A DNA stretch of 64,000 nt from Celeribacter sp. (GCF_048259695.1 NZ_JBLXHL010000003.1:358304-422303), one strand, 5' to 3'. Shown: positions 10,570-21,834, counted from the first letter of the stretch. The notes: generated by a model not told the origin, from the sequence alone. A program made the numbers and translations.

Positions 10570-12039
10570 ATGTCTGCCTTCTGGCTTTTCATCCTTGTTG
10601 TGGCTTTGGCTCTGGTGGGCTTTGTGCTTGGTCGTGCGCGGGCCATGTCCGATGCGGGGGGCGATGTGCGCCGCCTGCATTCCCTGCCAAGCTACTATGG
10701 CGCCAATGTGATGCTCTCGACACTCATCCCCGGCCTGTTTGTTCTGGTCGCTTGGGTGATTATGCAACCGCTGATAATCCAGGGCCAAGTGGCGGCGATG
10801 ATCCCGGCAGATGCCTTTGAGGACACCGGCGCGCTCAACCTCATCCTGTCCGATGTGCGCCGTGTCGCCGATGGCCTTGACGTGGCCGTGGGGCAGGGCG
10901 CATTGAGTGCGGCACAGGCCGGTGCGCTTACAGCCACCGATGATGTGCGTGGTCTGATGGGGGCGGTCGGCGTGGCCGTTGGCGGCGACATTTCGCCCTT
11001 TGTTCTGGATGCCGCACAGACGTATCGCAGCCAGTCCGCCACCGCACAATGGCTGATGACGGCGCTCACACTCGGGGTTTCGCTGATCGGCTTTGTCCTC
11101 GCGCTCAAGGCAACCTCGCGCAATGCCCGCGCCCGCAACAAGGTCGAAACCGTTGTGCGTACGTTGTTGTTGGCGGCGGCCTCGATGGCCGTTCTGACCA
11201 CCCTCGGCATTGTCCTGTCCCTGATTTTCAACACCATCGAGTTTTTCAAACTCTACCCCGCGGCCGACTTTTTCTTCGGGACCACATGGTCGCCCTCCTT
11301 TGGCGGCGGATCGCAACTCGGGATTTTGCCACTGTTCTGGGGGACGTTCTATATTTCGATCATCGCCCTTCTGGTGGCCGTGCCAATCGGATTGTTCGCC
11401 GCCGTGTACCTGTCCGAATACGCAGGTCCGAAAACCCGCGCCTTTGCCAAGCCGCTTCTGGAGGTGCTCGCGGGCATTCCGACCATCGTCTACGGCCTGT
11501 TTGCGCTCCTCACGGTCGGGCCGATGCTTGTCTCGCTGTTTGGCGAAGGCGGCATTCTGGGCCTTGACTGGATGGACGGCGGGCGTGCGGTGATCACGGC
11601 GGGTCTTGTTATGGGGGTGATGTTGATCCCGTTCGTGTCATCGCTGTCGGACGACATCATCAATGCCGTGCCGCAATCCATGCGCGACGGGTCTTTGGGC
11701 CTTGGGGCCACCCCGTCCGAAACCATTAAAAACGTGGTTCTGCCCGCCGCATTGCCCGGCATTGTCGGCGCCATTTTGCTCGCGGCCTCCCGCGCCATTG
11801 GCGAGACCATGATCGTGGTCTTGGGGGCAGGGGCCGCGGCGCAACTCGACATGAACCCGTTCGAGGCAATGACCACCGTCACCACGCGGATTGTCTCGCA
11901 ATTGACGGGGGATGCCGACTTTTCCTCCCCCGAAGCCCTCGTCGCCTTTGCCCTTGGCATGACGTTGTTCGTCATCACCCTCGGCCTGAACGTCATCGCA
12001 CTCGTGATTGTGCGCAAATATCGGGAGCAGTACGACTGA
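10570..12039 (+). CDS. pstC: Phosphate ABC transporter permease
   Basis: Multi-TM; LEVLAGIPTIVYG, SRAIGETMIV; operon position. Confidence 0.95.
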   Translation: MSAFWLFILVVALALVGFVLGRARAMSDAGGDVRRLHSLPSYYGANVMLSTLIPGLFVLVAWVIMQPLIIQGQVAAMIPADAFEDTGALNLILSDVRRVADGLDVAVGQGALSAAQAGALTATDDVRGLMGAVGVAVGGDISPFVLDAAQTYRSQSATAQWLMTALTLGVSLIGFVLALKATSRNARARNKVETVVRTLLLAAASMAVLTTLGIVLSLIFNTIEFFKLYPAADFFFGTTWSPSFGGGSQLGILPLFWGTFYISIIALLVAVPIGLFAAVYLSEYAGPKTRAFAKPLLEVLAGIPTIVYGLFALLTVGPMLVSLFGEGGILGLDWMDGGRAVITAGLVMGVMLIPFVSSLSDDIINAVPQSMRDGSLGLGATPSETIKNVVLPAALPGIVGAILLAASRAIGETMIVVLGAGAAAQLDMNPFEAMTTVTTRIVSQLTGDADFSSPEALVAFALGMTLFVITLGLNVIALVIVRKYREQYD

Positions 12040-13370
12040 TGTCCGACGCCACACCCAAAACCTCGCTGTTTGACGAAACCAAACGCACCAAACGCCGCAA
12101 TGCCTCCGAGGCGCGGTTCAAGGCCTATGGCATCGGCGCCATCGTCCTTGGCCTGACCTTTCTGGTGGTCTTGCTCACAACCATCATCGGCAACGGCTTG
12201 CCTGCGTTCAAACAGACCTTTGTCACGGTGCCGATTGAATTGCCCGAGGCCAAACTCGACAAATCGGGCGTGCGCGATCCGGACGTGATGGCCAAGGTCA
12301 CGACCTTTGGCTACAAACCCCTCGTCGAGGCGGCCCTTGCCGCGACGCTTGAGGATCAAGGCATCGACAACCCGTACAAGAAAGCCAAAGACCTCGGCAA
12401 ACTCTTGTCGACCTCCGCGCCCGCGCAGGTGCGCGATGCGGTCCTGTCCAACCCTGATCTGATCGGCCAAACGGTGGAATTCCGCCTTTTGACCTCCTCG
12501 CGTGTCGATGGCTATTTCAAGGGCCGTGTGAGCGCCGACAGCCTTGCCCGTGACAAGAACCTTGATGCGGCGCACCTTGTGATTGCCGATCAACTGGTCG
12601 CCAAAGGGCTGATGGCCACCACATTCAACGCCGACTTTATCCTTGGCGCGGATGCCTCCGAAAGTCGCCCCGAACAGGCGGGCATCGGCGTGTCGATGGT
12701 CGGCTCCCTGTTTATGATGCTCGTTGTGCTCGCACTGGCGCTGCCCATCGGCGTGGCCACCTCGATCTACCTCGAAGAGTTCGCCCCGCAAAACCGCTTT
12801 ACCGATCTGATCGAGGTGAACATCTCCAACCTTGCCGCCGTGCCATCGATTGTGTTCGGGATCCTTGGTCTGGCCGTGTTCATCCAGTTCGCCCACCTGC
12901 CACAATCCGCACCGCTCGTGGGCGGTCTGGTCCTCACCTTGATGACCCTGCCGACCATCATCATCTCGACCCGCGCCAGTCTGAAATCCGTGCCGCCCTC
13001 GATCCGCGATGCGGCTCTGGGTGTGGGCGCGTCAAAGATGCAGTCGGTGGTCCACCACGTCTTGCCCCTCGCCATGCCCGGTATCCTGACGGGAACCATC
13101 ATCGGTCTCGCACAGGCCTTGGGGGAAACCGCGCCGCTGTTGCTGATCGGGATGGTCGGCTACATCGCCTCCAATATGCCCGATGGTATTGCGTCTGGGT
13201 TCTTTGATCCCAACTCCGCGATGCCCGCCCAGATTTACGAATGGGCAAAACGCGCCGACCCCGCCTATTATGAACGCGCGTGGGGCGGCATCATCATTCT
13301 TTTGGTGTTCTTGATGACCATGAACATCATCGCCGTTATTTTGCGCCGCCGTTTCGAGCGCCGTTGGTAG
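12039..13370 (+). CDS. pstA: Phosphate ABC transporter permease
   Basis: [30 protein letters not shown]. Confidence 0.95.
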   Translation: MSDATPKTSLFDETKRTKRRNASEARFKAYGIGAIVLGLTFLVVLLTTIIGNGLPAFKQTFVTVPIELPEAKLDKSGVRDPDVMAKVTTFGYKPLVEAALAATLEDQGIDNPYKKAKDLGKLLSTSAPAQVRDAVLSNPDLIGQTVEFRLLTSSRVDGYFKGRVSADSLARDKNLDAAHLVIADQLVAKGLMATTFNADFILGADASESRPEQAGIGVSMVGSLFMMLVVLALALPIGVATSIYLEEFAPQNRFTDLIEVNISNLAAVPSIVFGILGLAVFIQFAHLPQSAPLVGGLVLTLMTLPTIIISTRASLKSVPPSIRDAALGVGASKMQSVVHHVLPLAMPGILTGTIIGLAQALGETAPLLLIGMVGYIASNMPDGIASGFFDPNSAMPAQIYEWAKRADPAYYERAWGGIIILLVFLMTMNIIAVILRRRFERRW

Positions 13371-13380
13371 GAGATCCGCC

Positions 13381-14178
13381 ATGAACGATATGCGACAGCA
13401 CAACAGATCCGTGGATTTGAACGACACCAAAATCTCCGCCAGGGGCGTTCAGGTCTATTACGCCGACACCCATGCCATCAAGGACGTGGATGTGGAGATC
13501 AAGGACAAGACCGTCACCGCCTTTATCGGCCCGTCGGGCTGTGGCAAGTCGACGTTTTTGCGCACACTCAACCGCATGAACGACACGATTGATATTTGCC
13601 GCGTCACGGGTGAAATCCTGTTGGATGGCGAGGACATCTACGACAAACGCGTCGATCCCGTGCAATTGCGGGCCAAGGTCGGGATGGTGTTTCAAAAGCC
13701 CAATCCGTTCCCGAAATCGATCTACGACAACATCGCCTATGGTCCGCGCATTCACGGGCTCGCCCGCAGCAAGGCCGATCTGGATGTGATCGTCGAGCAA
13801 TCCCTGCGCCGTGGGGCAATCTGGGATGAGGTCAAGGACCGCCTTGATGCGCCGGGAACGGGTCTTTCGGGCGGCCAACAGCAACGCCTGTGTATCGCAC
13901 GCGCGATTGCCACCGAACCCGAAGTCCTGTTGATGGACGAGCCATGTTCGGCGCTCGACCCGATTGCCACCGCACAGGTCGAGGAACTGATCGACGAATT
14001 GCGGGCGAATTTCTCCGTGGTGATCGTGACCCACTCCATGCAACAAGCCGCCCGTGTGAGCCAGAAAACCGCGTTTTTCCACCTCGGAAACCTCGTTGAA
14101 TACGGTGACACAAGCCAGATTTTCACCAACCCGCAAGATCCCCGCACCGAGAGCTATATCACCGGCCGGATCGGATAA
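13381..14178 (+). CDS. pstB: Phosphate ABC transporter ATPase
   Basis: [39 protein letters not shown]. Confidence 0.97.
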   Translation: MNDMRQHNRSVDLNDTKISARGVQVYYADTHAIKDVDVEIKDKTVTAFIGPSGCGKSTFLRTLNRMNDTIDICRVTGEILLDGEDIYDKRVDPVQLRAKVGMVFQKPNPFPKSIYDNIAYGPRIHGLARSKADLDVIVEQSLRRGAIWDEVKDRLDAPGTGLSGGQQQRLCIARAIATEPEVLLMDEPCSALDPIATAQVEELIDELRANFSVVIVTHSMQQAARVSQKTAFFHLGNLVEYGDTSQIFTNPQDPRTESYITGRIG

Positions 14179-14194
14179 GGGACAGGAGAATACC

Positions 14195-14917
14195 ATGAAT
14201 AACGGAAAACACATTGCCTCCGCCTTTGATCGTGATCTTGAGGGAATTCAGGCCCTTATCATGAAAATGGGAGGCTTGGTCGAGGCCAATATCAAAGATG
14301 CGTCGATCGCCCTCGAAGAGCGGGACGTGGATCTGGCCGAGCGCGTGCGCAAAGCTGACAAAATCATCGACGCGCTTGACGTCCAGATCAACGAAGAGGC
14401 CGCGCGCCTGATCGCGCTGCGCTCCCCCACAGCGGGCGATTTGCGCACGGTGTTGTCGGTGATGAAAATCACCACCAACCTTGAACGCTGCGGCGATTAC
14501 GCCAAAAACCTCGCCAAACGTACCGGCGTTCTGGCCGAAATGAGCCCGATTGACGGGGCAGGGGCATCGTTGCGGCGCATGGCGCGCGAAGTCGAGGAAA
14601 TGCTGCGTCTGGCCCTCGATGCCTATATGCAACGCGACGCCGTTCTGGCCGAAACCGTACGTCACCGCGACGTCGATGTGGATCAGATGTACAACGGTCT
14701 GTTCCGCGAATTCCTGACCTTTATGATGGAGGATCCGCGCAATATCACCGCCTGTATGCACCTGCATTTCATTGCCAAAAATATCGAACGTATGGGCGAT
14801 CATGCCACGTCGGTGGCCGAACAGGTGATCTATCTGGTCACAGGTGAAATGCCCGATGATCCGCGTCCCAAGGGGGATGTGACCTCACGCGAACATATCG
14901 GTCGGGAGGGGGCGTAA
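14195..14917 (+). CDS. phoU: Phosphate signalling complex protein
   Basis: DLERCGDYAKN and ERMGDHAT repeats; AGGAG RBS. Confidence 0.95.
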   Translation: MNNGKHIASAFDRDLEGIQALIMKMGGLVEANIKDASIALEERDVDLAERVRKADKIIDALDVQINEEAARLIALRSPTAGDLRTVLSVMKITTNLERCGDYAKNLAKRTGVLAEMSPIDGAGASLRRMAREVEEMLRLALDAYMQRDAVLAETVRHRDVDVDQMYNGLFREFLTFMMEDPRNITACMHLHFIAKNIERMGDHATSVAEQVIYLVTGEMPDDPRPKGDVTSREHIGREGA

Positions 14918-15606
14918 TGTCCGCGCAAAAGCCCCGGGTTCTGGTGGTTGAGGACGAACCGGCACAGCGCGAAGTTCTGGCCTATAACCTTGAATCCGAG
15001 GGCTACCTCGTCACCCGTGCCGGGGATGGCGATGAGGCGCTATTGTTGGTGGATGAGGATCAGCCCGACGTGATCGTGCTTGACTGGATGTTGCCCGGCG
15101 TCTCGGGGATCGAAATTTGTCGTCGCCTTAAATTGCGCAACCATACCCGTGCCATACCCATCATCATGCTCTCGGCGCGCTCCGAGGATGTCGACCGTGT
15201 GCGTGGCCTCGAAACGGGGGCCGACGACTATGTGGTCAAACCGTATTCCGTGATTGAGCTGATGGCGCGGGTGCGCACGCAATTGCGCCGCGTGCGACCT
15301 GCGGCGGCGGGTGAGATGTTGGAATTCGACGACATCATTCTGGACGCCGAAACCCATCGTGTGACACGCGATGGCCACGGGTTGAAACTGGGTCCGACCG
15401 AGTTCCGGTTGCTGTCGACCTTTATGGAAAAACCGGGACGCGTGTGGTCGCGTGAACAATTGCTGGACCGTGTTTGGGGGCGAGACATTTACGTCGATAC
15501 CCGCACGGTCGACGTCCACATCGGACGGCTGCGCAAGGCGCTTTGCCAATTCGGGGGCGACGATCCGCTACGCACCGTGCGCGGCGCAGGCTATGCCTTG
15601 GGCTAA
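14917..15606 (+). CDS. phoB: Phosphate regulon response regulator
   Basis: Receiver LDWMLPG, winged helix DTRTVDVHIGRLRKAL, RTVRGAGY. Confidence 0.96.
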   Translation: MSAQKPRVLVVEDEPAQREVLAYNLESEGYLVTRAGDGDEALLLVDEDQPDVIVLDWMLPGVSGIEICRRLKLRNHTRAIPIIMLSARSEDVDRVRGLETGADDYVVKPYSVIELMARVRTQLRRVRPAAAGEMLEFDDIILDAETHRVTRDGHGLKLGPTEFRLLSTFMEKPGRVWSREQLLDRVWGRDIYVDTRTVDVHIGRLRKALCQFGGDDPLRTVRGAGYALG

Positions 15607-15927
15607 GGCGCAGGGCATAGGCGCAACTGCGCACAGCGATAATCCTATAATCAGTATTATGTAAAATAAAGCCTGATCCCGTTGGACCCGAACGCCACGG
15701 GGCTACGCATGTGTTGAGTGAGCATTCGCGCGTTGTCCTTTGATTTTAAATGATTTCACTCACCTCATGGTGCGTTTGTGGCGCCCCGTGTCCATCGCCA
15801 TCGGATGATCCGGGGCAATGGCCGCGTGGCTTATGGTGCATTTGAGTGCAGCGACAAAAAACACCGGCACTTGGAATTGACACTCCAAAGTAAACCTGAC
15901 CATTCTTGAATACGATCGGGGGTTGAG

Positions 15928-16680
15928 GTGAAAAACAAAAGTATCCAGACGGCGCTTCACCATATTATCGAGGCGCAATCCGCAGAAACGGCATGGCTCT
16001 TTCTTCTGGAGGTTATTCAGGCCTGTGGCTTTCCATTGGCCATGTATGCCTACACCCGGTTCCGGACCGCCAATGGCATGGGCAACGAGGGTGATCATCT
16101 GGTGATGACCAACTACCCCAATGACTATCTCGACGGATTCATGCTCAGTCAGGAACGCTACAAAATCGCGCCAATGGCCAAATGGGCGTTGGAAAATTCC
16201 GGATCGCGGTCTTGGGGTTGGGTCCGCGAAAACTATGACAGTCTGGATGACGCCCAAAAGGAGGTTGTGGCCTTTAACCAAAGCCACGGCATGATGGCGG
16301 GTTATACGCTCGGGTTTCGCACCACTCGCACGCACGAAAAGGCCGGAATTGGCTATGCTCTGGCGGCTTACGATGACGATCAGGACAAGGCGGATGCGCT
16401 TTGGGCCGAACATGGCGCGGATCTCAAGCTGATCTCCGAAGTGGCCCACCTCAAAATCATGTCCCTGCCCCTGCCCCGTAAGGTTCTGACCGAGCGGCAG
16501 GTGCAGGTCCTTGAATGGATCGGAGGCGGTAAATCTGTGGCTGATACGGCCCAGATTATGGCGCTGACGCAGGGCACGATTGAAAAACACTTACGGCTTG
16601 CCCGTGAGGCGCTTGCTGTCGAAACAACGGCGCAAGCGGTGCATAAAGCCGCCGTCTATAACCAGATTTACACCGCATAG
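15928..16680 (+). CDS. LuxR-family regulator with autoinducer-binding-type domain (LuxR solo)
   Basis: N-terminal NYP..Y...P..W pattern, C-terminal HTH LTERQVQVLEWIGGGKS...TIEKHL; no luxI in the window. Confidence 0.85.
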   Translation: MKNKSIQTALHHIIEAQSAETAWLFLLEVIQACGFPLAMYAYTRFRTANGMGNEGDHLVMTNYPNDYLDGFMLSQERYKIAPMAKWALENSGSRSWGWVRENYDSLDDAQKEVVAFNQSHGMMAGYTLGFRTTRTHEKAGIGYALAAYDDDQDKADALWAEHGADLKLISEVAHLKIMSLPLPRKVLTERQVQVLEWIGGGKSVADTAQIMALTQGTIEKHLRLAREALAVETTAQAVHKAAVYNQIYTA

Positions 16681-16751
16681 AACATGGCACCGCGCCTCGT
16701 ATGAAATCCGGATATTTTGCCCGAAGGTAAGGATTCCCTTACTTTTCAATG

Positions 16752-16998
16752 GACGTTACGTCAGGCAAACTAAAGTTGTTCCGTCGACAGAGGCTTAGCC
16801 TCGGAACCGGGTGCGAGGTGACGTCTGAAATTTCCAGACAATCTTGTATCTTTGGCTGTTTTTCGGCCTTGAGGGGGCGACTTTATTCTTCGGGTCGTTG
16901 CCCTCGCACATATACTCTGGTCATCGCGTGATCTCATCCCGAAATTGCGATGCCCGGACAAAGGAAACGGTGTCGATTTTTCGGCACCGTTTTCTTTT
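16752..16998 (+). ncRNA. Candidate structured RNA or long 3' UTR downstream of the LuxR solo
   Basis: Possible promoter TTGCCC-N17-TACTTT (16717-16745), hairpins at 16871-16905 and 16922-16952, terminator at 16965-16998. Confidence 0.35.
16965..16998 (+). terminator. Intrinsic terminator
   Basis: AAACGGTGTCGA-tttt-TCGGCACCGTTT followed by TCTTTT. Confidence 0.75.
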
Positions 16999-17032
16999 GA
17001 TGTGGCGCGACATCCGTAGAACAACAGGCCAT

Positions 17033-17065
17033 AAAAAAGGCCGATGCGTTTTGCGCACCGGCCTT
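17033..17065 (-). terminator. tsf terminator
   Basis: AAGGCCGatGCG-tttt-gCGCacCGGCCTT hairpin with T-run on the minus strand. Confidence 0.7.
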
Positions 17066-17087
17066 AAAACTGTTTTAAAAATAGGAC

Positions 17088-17960
17088 TTAGCCCTGCATT
17101 GCAGCAACTTCAGCGGCAAAGTTGTCTTCTTCTTTTTCGATGCCTTCGCCGACTTCGAGGCGCACGAACGCAACGATTTCAACACCGGCGTCAGCCGCAG
17201 CTTTTTCCACTGTGAGATCGGGGTTGATGACAAAGGCCTGACCCAAAAGCGTGCTTTCGGCGATGAATTTCTTCATGCGGCCAACAATCATGTTCTCGAT
17301 GATGTTCTCCGGCTTGCCGGACTCACGGGCGATGTCCATCTGGACCTGCTTTTCTTTCTCGACAACCGCAGGGTCGAGATCCGCTTCGCCAAGAGCCGCA
17401 GGGTTGGCTGCCGCAATGTGCATCGCTACCTGTTTGCCAAAGGCTTCGTTGTCGCCTTTGAGGGCCACAAGAACGCCGATTTTGCCAAGACCGTCAGCGG
17501 CGGCATTGTGGACGTAGGAGACGACGGTGTCGCCTTCGACGGTTGCCATGCGACGCAGGCCGAGGTTTTCACCGATGGTGGCGATTTTGGCGGTGATCGT
17601 GTCGGCGACGGATTTGCCACCGAGGTCAGCCGCCGCGAGGGCTTCGACGTCGGAAACTTTGAGCGCAGCCTGAGCGATGGCGGAAACAACGCCCTGGAAT
17701 TCGGCGTTTTTCGCAACGAAGTCGGTCTCGGAGTTCACTTCGACAGCAACACCTTTGCCACCTTCAACGGCGACGGCCACAAGGCCCTCGGCGGCGGTAC
17801 GGCCGGATTTCTTTGCGGCTTTCGCAAGACCTTTGGTGCGCAACCAGTCAACAGCGGCGTCGAAATCGCCATCAGTTTCGGTCAGCGCTTTTTTAGCGTC
17901 CATCATGCCTGCGGCGGTCGCTTCGCGCAGTTCTTTCACCATTGCAGCAGTGATTGCCAT
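17088..17960 (-). CDS. tsf: Elongation factor Ts
   Basis: [37 protein letters not shown]. Confidence 0.98.
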   Translation of the reverse strand: MAITAAMVKELREATAAGMMDAKKALTETDGDFDAAVDWLRTKGLAKAAKKSGRTAAEGLVAVAVEGGKGVAVEVNSETDFVAKNAEFQGVVSAIAQAALKVSDVEALAAADLGGKSVADTITAKIATIGENLGLRRMATVEGDTVVSYVHNAAADGLGKIGVLVALKGDNEAFGKQVAMHIAAANPAALGEADLDPAVVEKEKQVQMDIARESGKPENIIENMIVGRMKKFIAESTLLGQAFVINPDLTVEKAAADAGVEIVAFVRLEVGEGIEKEEDNFAAEVAAMQG

Positions 17961-18000
17961 GTCGGCTCTCCTGTAAAATCTTTGGTCGGATACGTTGATT

Positions 18001-18031
18001 GAAAACGGGGGCGGGACTGCCCTGCCCCCGT
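18001..18031 (-). terminator. rpsB-tsf intercistronic hairpin (attenuator-like)
   Basis: Minus strand ACGGGGGCAGGG-cagt-CCCGCCCCCGT followed by TTT. Confidence 0.65.
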
Positions 18032-18056
18032 CAGATCGTGTAAAGCGCGTTCGAGA

Positions 18057-18812
18057 TTACTCGGAGGCAGCTTCTTCGGCGGGGGCTTCTTCCATCGCGC
18101 CGATGTCGATGCCTGCGGCACCCATTTGCTCGGTCATACCGTCGAGGGCCGCACGGGCCACGAGGTCGGTATACAGGCTGATGGCGCGCGATGCGTCATC
18201 GTTGCCCGGGATGATGTAGTCGATGCCATCGGGTGGGCAGTTCGAGTCTACAACAGCCACAACAGGGATGCCCAGTTTGTTGGCTTCGGCAATCGCGAGT
18301 GTCTCTTTTTTCACGTCGATGACGAAAAGAAGATCGGGAACACCGCCCATTTCGCGGATGCCGCCGAGCGACGCCTGCAATTTGGCTTGGTCACGTTCCA
18401 TGCCGAGGCGCTCTTTCTTGGTGAGGCCTTCAGCGCCGCCACCGAGGGTCTCGTCAATTTTGTTGAGACGCTGGATCGACTGGGAAACGGTTTTCCAGTT
18501 GGTCAGCGTGCCACCGAGCCAACGGTGGTTCATGTAATACTGTGCGCATTTCTCTGCGGCTTCCGAAACGGGGCCCGCGGCCTGACGTTTGGTGCCGACG
18601 AACAAAATGCGGCCGCCCTTTGCGGCGGTGTCGCGCACAACCTGCAACGCTTGGTCAAGCATTGGAACAGTTTGTGTGAGGTCGAAAATGTGGATGCCGT
18701 TACGCGAGCCATAAATGAACTCGCCCATACGGGGGTTCCAACGTTGGGTCTGGTGACCATAGTGAACGCCAGCTTCCAAGAGCTGACGCATGGTGAAATC
18801 AGGAAGCGCCAT
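18057..18812 (-). CDS. rpsB: 30S ribosomal protein S2
   Basis: [33 protein letters not shown]; AAGGA RBS. Confidence 0.98.
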   Translation of the reverse strand: MALPDFTMRQLLEAGVHYGHQTQRWNPRMGEFIYGSRNGIHIFDLTQTVPMLDQALQVVRDTAAKGGRILFVGTKRQAAGPVSEAAEKCAQYYMNHRWLGGTLTNWKTVSQSIQRLNKIDETLGGGAEGLTKKERLGMERDQAKLQASLGGIREMGGVPDLLFVIDVKKETLAIAEANKLGIPVVAVVDSNCPPDGIDYIIPGNDDASRAISLYTDLVARAALDGMTEQMGAAGIDIGAMEEAPAEEAASE

Positions 18813-18967
18813 GAAATGTCCTTTCCGGTTTACGCCTGAGCGGAGGGTCTCAGGGTGACGGCTAATCCGCCTCCCCAACCGGTGGACTTGCAAGGATGTC
18901 TCCCCTGAAAGCCCGCCTCCGCCTGTGAAGTGATCGCGCATATAGAAGCGTTTTTGCCCCTGTGCAA
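18813..18967 (-). promoter_or_regulatory. rpsB sigma70 promoter and ~120-nt 5' leader (probable S2 autoregulatory RNA)
   Basis: TTGCAC (18967-18962)-N17-TATATG (18944-18939); leader with GAGGC...AAACC elements; rpsB leaders are autoregulatory in many bacteria. Confidence 0.55.
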
Positions 18968-19093
18968 GCCCTGCCACATCATCCGTTCGGTTTTTCGGGT
19001 CTTTTCCCCAATAAATTGCACGTTTTTACGATGCGCGTCCGTTCCGCACCGCAATCTCTTGCCATCCGGTCAAAAAACGGGGCATTTAGGGAC

Positions 19094-19987
19094 ATGACAC
19101 ACCACCATGACATTCTTTGTATCGGCTCGGTCCTTTGGGACGTCATAGGCCGCTCGGACCGCTCCATGCGGCTTGGCTCCGATGTGCCCGGGCGGATTGT
19201 GCGCGTGCCGGGCGGCGTGGCGATGAACATCGCGATGGCCCTGTCGCGTTTCGGCCTGCAGCCCTCCTTGCTCACTGCGGTGGGACGCGATGCCGAGGGC
19301 GATGAATTGATCGCCGCCGCACTGGTGCGCGGCATCGACACCTCACATGTGTACCGCTCCGATGACCTGCCCACCGACACCTATATGGCCATCGAGGGGG
19401 CCAACGGCTTGATCGCCGCGATTGCCGATGCCCACTCGCTTGAGGCCGCAGGCGACAAGATCCTGCGCCCGCTCAAGGATGGACGCCTCGGCTCAACGGA
19501 TGCGCCCTATGCGGGGCCCGTGGCGCTTGACGGCAACCTGACCACGGAGCTGCTGCGCGACATTGCCGGCTCGCCGCTTTTTGCCAGAGCCGATCTGCGC
19601 GTGGCCCCTGCCTCACCGGGGAAAGCCGAACGGTTGATCCCGCTTTTGACCCATCCACAGGCCACGCTCTACGTGAACCTGGAGGAAGCGGGCCTGTTGG
19701 CGCATCGCACGTTCGACAGTTCCGCCGAGGCCGCAACCGCGTTGGTCGACAAAGGCGCACATCGCGTGCTTGTCACCAATGGCGGCGCGGATGCCTCACT
19801 GGCCCGCGCGGGCCATATCAGCACCCAAACCCCACCCGATGTTCTTGTGGCGCGTGTCACGGGCGCGGGTGATACCTTTATGGCGGCGCATATTGCCGCC
19901 GAATTGCGCGGCGCAGACGATGACGCCGCGCTTGATCAAGCGCTTCAGGCCGCCGCCCACTATGTTTCCGGAGATACCCCCCTATGA
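19094..19987 (+). CDS. PfkB family kinase, probable pseudouridine kinase
   Basis: PGGVAMNIA, VNLEEA, VTGAGDTF; coupled to psuG. Confidence 0.8.
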   Translation: MTHHHDILCIGSVLWDVIGRSDRSMRLGSDVPGRIVRVPGGVAMNIAMALSRFGLQPSLLTAVGRDAEGDELIAAALVRGIDTSHVYRSDDLPTDTYMAIEGANGLIAAIADAHSLEAAGDKILRPLKDGRLGSTDAPYAGPVALDGNLTTELLRDIAGSPLFARADLRVAPASPGKAERLIPLLTHPQATLYVNLEEAGLLAHRTFDSSAEAATALVDKGAHRVLVTNGGADASLARAGHISTQTPPDVLVARVTGAGDTFMAAHIAAELRGADDDAALDQALQAAAHYVSGDTPL

Positions 19988-20895
19988 CCACCCTGCCCCT
20001 GTCCTATTCGCCCGAAGTTGCCGCCGCCCTCAAAGCGGGCGCCCCCGTTGTGGCGTTGGAGAGCACGATCATCACCCACGGGATGCCTTTCCCGCAAAAC
20101 GTCGAGACCGCGCAAATGGTCGAGGCGGATGTGCGCGCCGCCGGGGCCACGCCCGCCACCATCGCCATTTTGTACGGCGTGCTGCACATCGGCCTGACCG
20201 ATACGCAACTGACCGAACTGGCACAGGCCAAGGACGTGATGAAAGTGTCACGCGCCGATATGCCCGTGTGCATCGCCAAGGGCGCCACAGGGGCCACAAC
20301 GGTCGCGGCCACCATGATTGCCGCACACATGGCCGGGATTTCGGTCTTTGCCACGGGCGGCATTGGCGGCGTTCACCGCGGTGCCGAAGAGACGTTCGAT
20401 ATCTCCGCCGACCTGTTGGAACTGGGCGAAACACCTGTGACCGTGGTTGCGGCGGGACCGAAAGCCATCCTTGATATCCCCAAGACGCTCGAAGTGTTGG
20501 AAACCCACGGCGTGCCGGTGATTGCCTACGGTCAGGATGCGTTGCCCGCGTTCTGGTCCCGTGAGTCCGGCATTACCGCACCGCTGCGCCTTGATGATCC
20601 CGCGTTGATCGCCAAATCCGCGCAAACACGCACGGCTATGGGCCTCAAGGGCGGCCAGTTGGTCGCCAACCCGATCCCGTTGGCCGACGAGATCCCCCGC
20701 GATGTCATCACCCCCTATGTCGAGCAAGCCCTCGCCGAGGCCGAAGCACAGGGCATCGCCGCCAAGGCCGTCACCCCGTTCTTGTTACAGCGCATGTTCG
20801 AGTTGACCGAAGGCCGCTCGCTCACCGCCAATATCGCCCTTGTGCGCAACAATGCCCGTCTGGCCGCACAAATTGCGGTCGCTCATGCCCGTTGA
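19984..20895 (+). CDS. psuG: Pseudouridine-5'-phosphate glycosidase
   Basis: VALESTIITHGMPFPQN, ATTVAATM, FATGGIGGVHRG, DISADL. Confidence 0.95.
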   Translation: MTTLPLSYSPEVAAALKAGAPVVALESTIITHGMPFPQNVETAQMVEADVRAAGATPATIAILYGVLHIGLTDTQLTELAQAKDVMKVSRADMPVCIAKGATGATTVAATMIAAHMAGISVFATGGIGGVHRGAEETFDISADLLELGETPVTVVAAGPKAILDIPKTLEVLETHGVPVIAYGQDALPAFWSRESGITAPLRLDDPALIAKSAQTRTAMGLKGGQLVANPIPLADEIPRDVITPYVEQALAEAEAQGIAAKAVTPFLLQRMFELTEGRSLTANIALVRNNARLAAQIAVAHAR

Positions 20896-21027
20896 TGGCG
20901 CAAACAACACGAAAGACACATAAAATCGCGTGCCGTTTACTTGTGCATTCACATTTTGCTGCCTAAGTTCGGTTGAAATGGCCCGCGATACCGCGCACGG
21001 CCTATAGGCAGTGAACGGCAGAGCTCC

Positions 21028-21735
21028 ATGACCAACCCATTCGACGACGAAATCCACCCCAAGCACCGTCGCGGCGGCTTTTTGGGGTGGCTGCGCACGT
21101 CCTTTTTGACGGGGCTCGTTGTTGTCGCCCCGATCGGTCTGACGGCCTATGTGATCTGGACCGTGATCGGATGGGTCGACGGATGGGCGTTGACCTTTGT
21201 GCCGCAAAAATTCCAACCCGAACAATATATCGGGATCAATCTGCGCGGTGTGGGCGTCATCATCTTTTTGATGTTCACCATCTTTGTCGGCTGGATCGCA
21301 AAGGGGCTTGTCGGGCGCTCGTTGTTGCGTTTTGCCGAGGGGCTTGTGGATCGCACCCCCGTTGTGCGATCGATCTACAATGGTGCCAAACAGATTGCCG
21401 AAACGGTGTTCGCCCAAACCGAAACCTCGTTTGACGAGGCCTGTTTGATCGAATATCCGCGCAAAGGCATATGGGCCATCGGGTTTGTGTCCACCACGGC
21501 CAAGGGGGAAATCGCCAAACGCACGCCGCTTGACGAGGAAATGGTGTCTGTGTTCGTGCCGACCACGCCCAACCCGACCTCCGGTTTCTTGCTGTTTTTC
21601 CCGCGCTCCGAGTTGATCACCCTTGATATGACTGTGGAGGATGCCGCGAAACTGGTGATTTCGGCGGGTCTGGTCTATCCCAACCCCAAAAACCCAAACG
21701 CGCCCAAAGAGGTGAGTCCCCCTGCGTCCGTGTAA
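21028..21735 (+). CDS. DUF502 family membrane protein
   Basis: FLTGLVVVAPIGLT, PVVRSIY, VFVPTTPNPTSGFL. Confidence 0.85.
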   Translation: MTNPFDDEIHPKHRRGGFLGWLRTSFLTGLVVVAPIGLTAYVIWTVIGWVDGWALTFVPQKFQPEQYIGINLRGVGVIIFLMFTIFVGWIAKGLVGRSLLRFAEGLVDRTPVVRSIYNGAKQIAETVFAQTETSFDEACLIEYPRKGIWAIGFVSTTAKGEIAKRTPLDEEMVSVFVPTTPNPTSGFLLFFPRSELITLDMTVEDAAKLVISAGLVYPNPKNPNAPKEVSPPASV

Positions 21736-21834
21736 AAAGCGGACGTGTAAAAACGCACGGTCCAAGATCATTGTCACATTCTTGGATTACGCCTAACCTA
21801 TCCCCACAAAATACAATTACTGGAGGGATAGCTT

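Noticed and set aside
17064-17078. Perfect TTAA-N7-TTAA
   Set aside because: Lies between the tsf stop and its terminator in AT-rich sequence, with no adjacent promoter evident.
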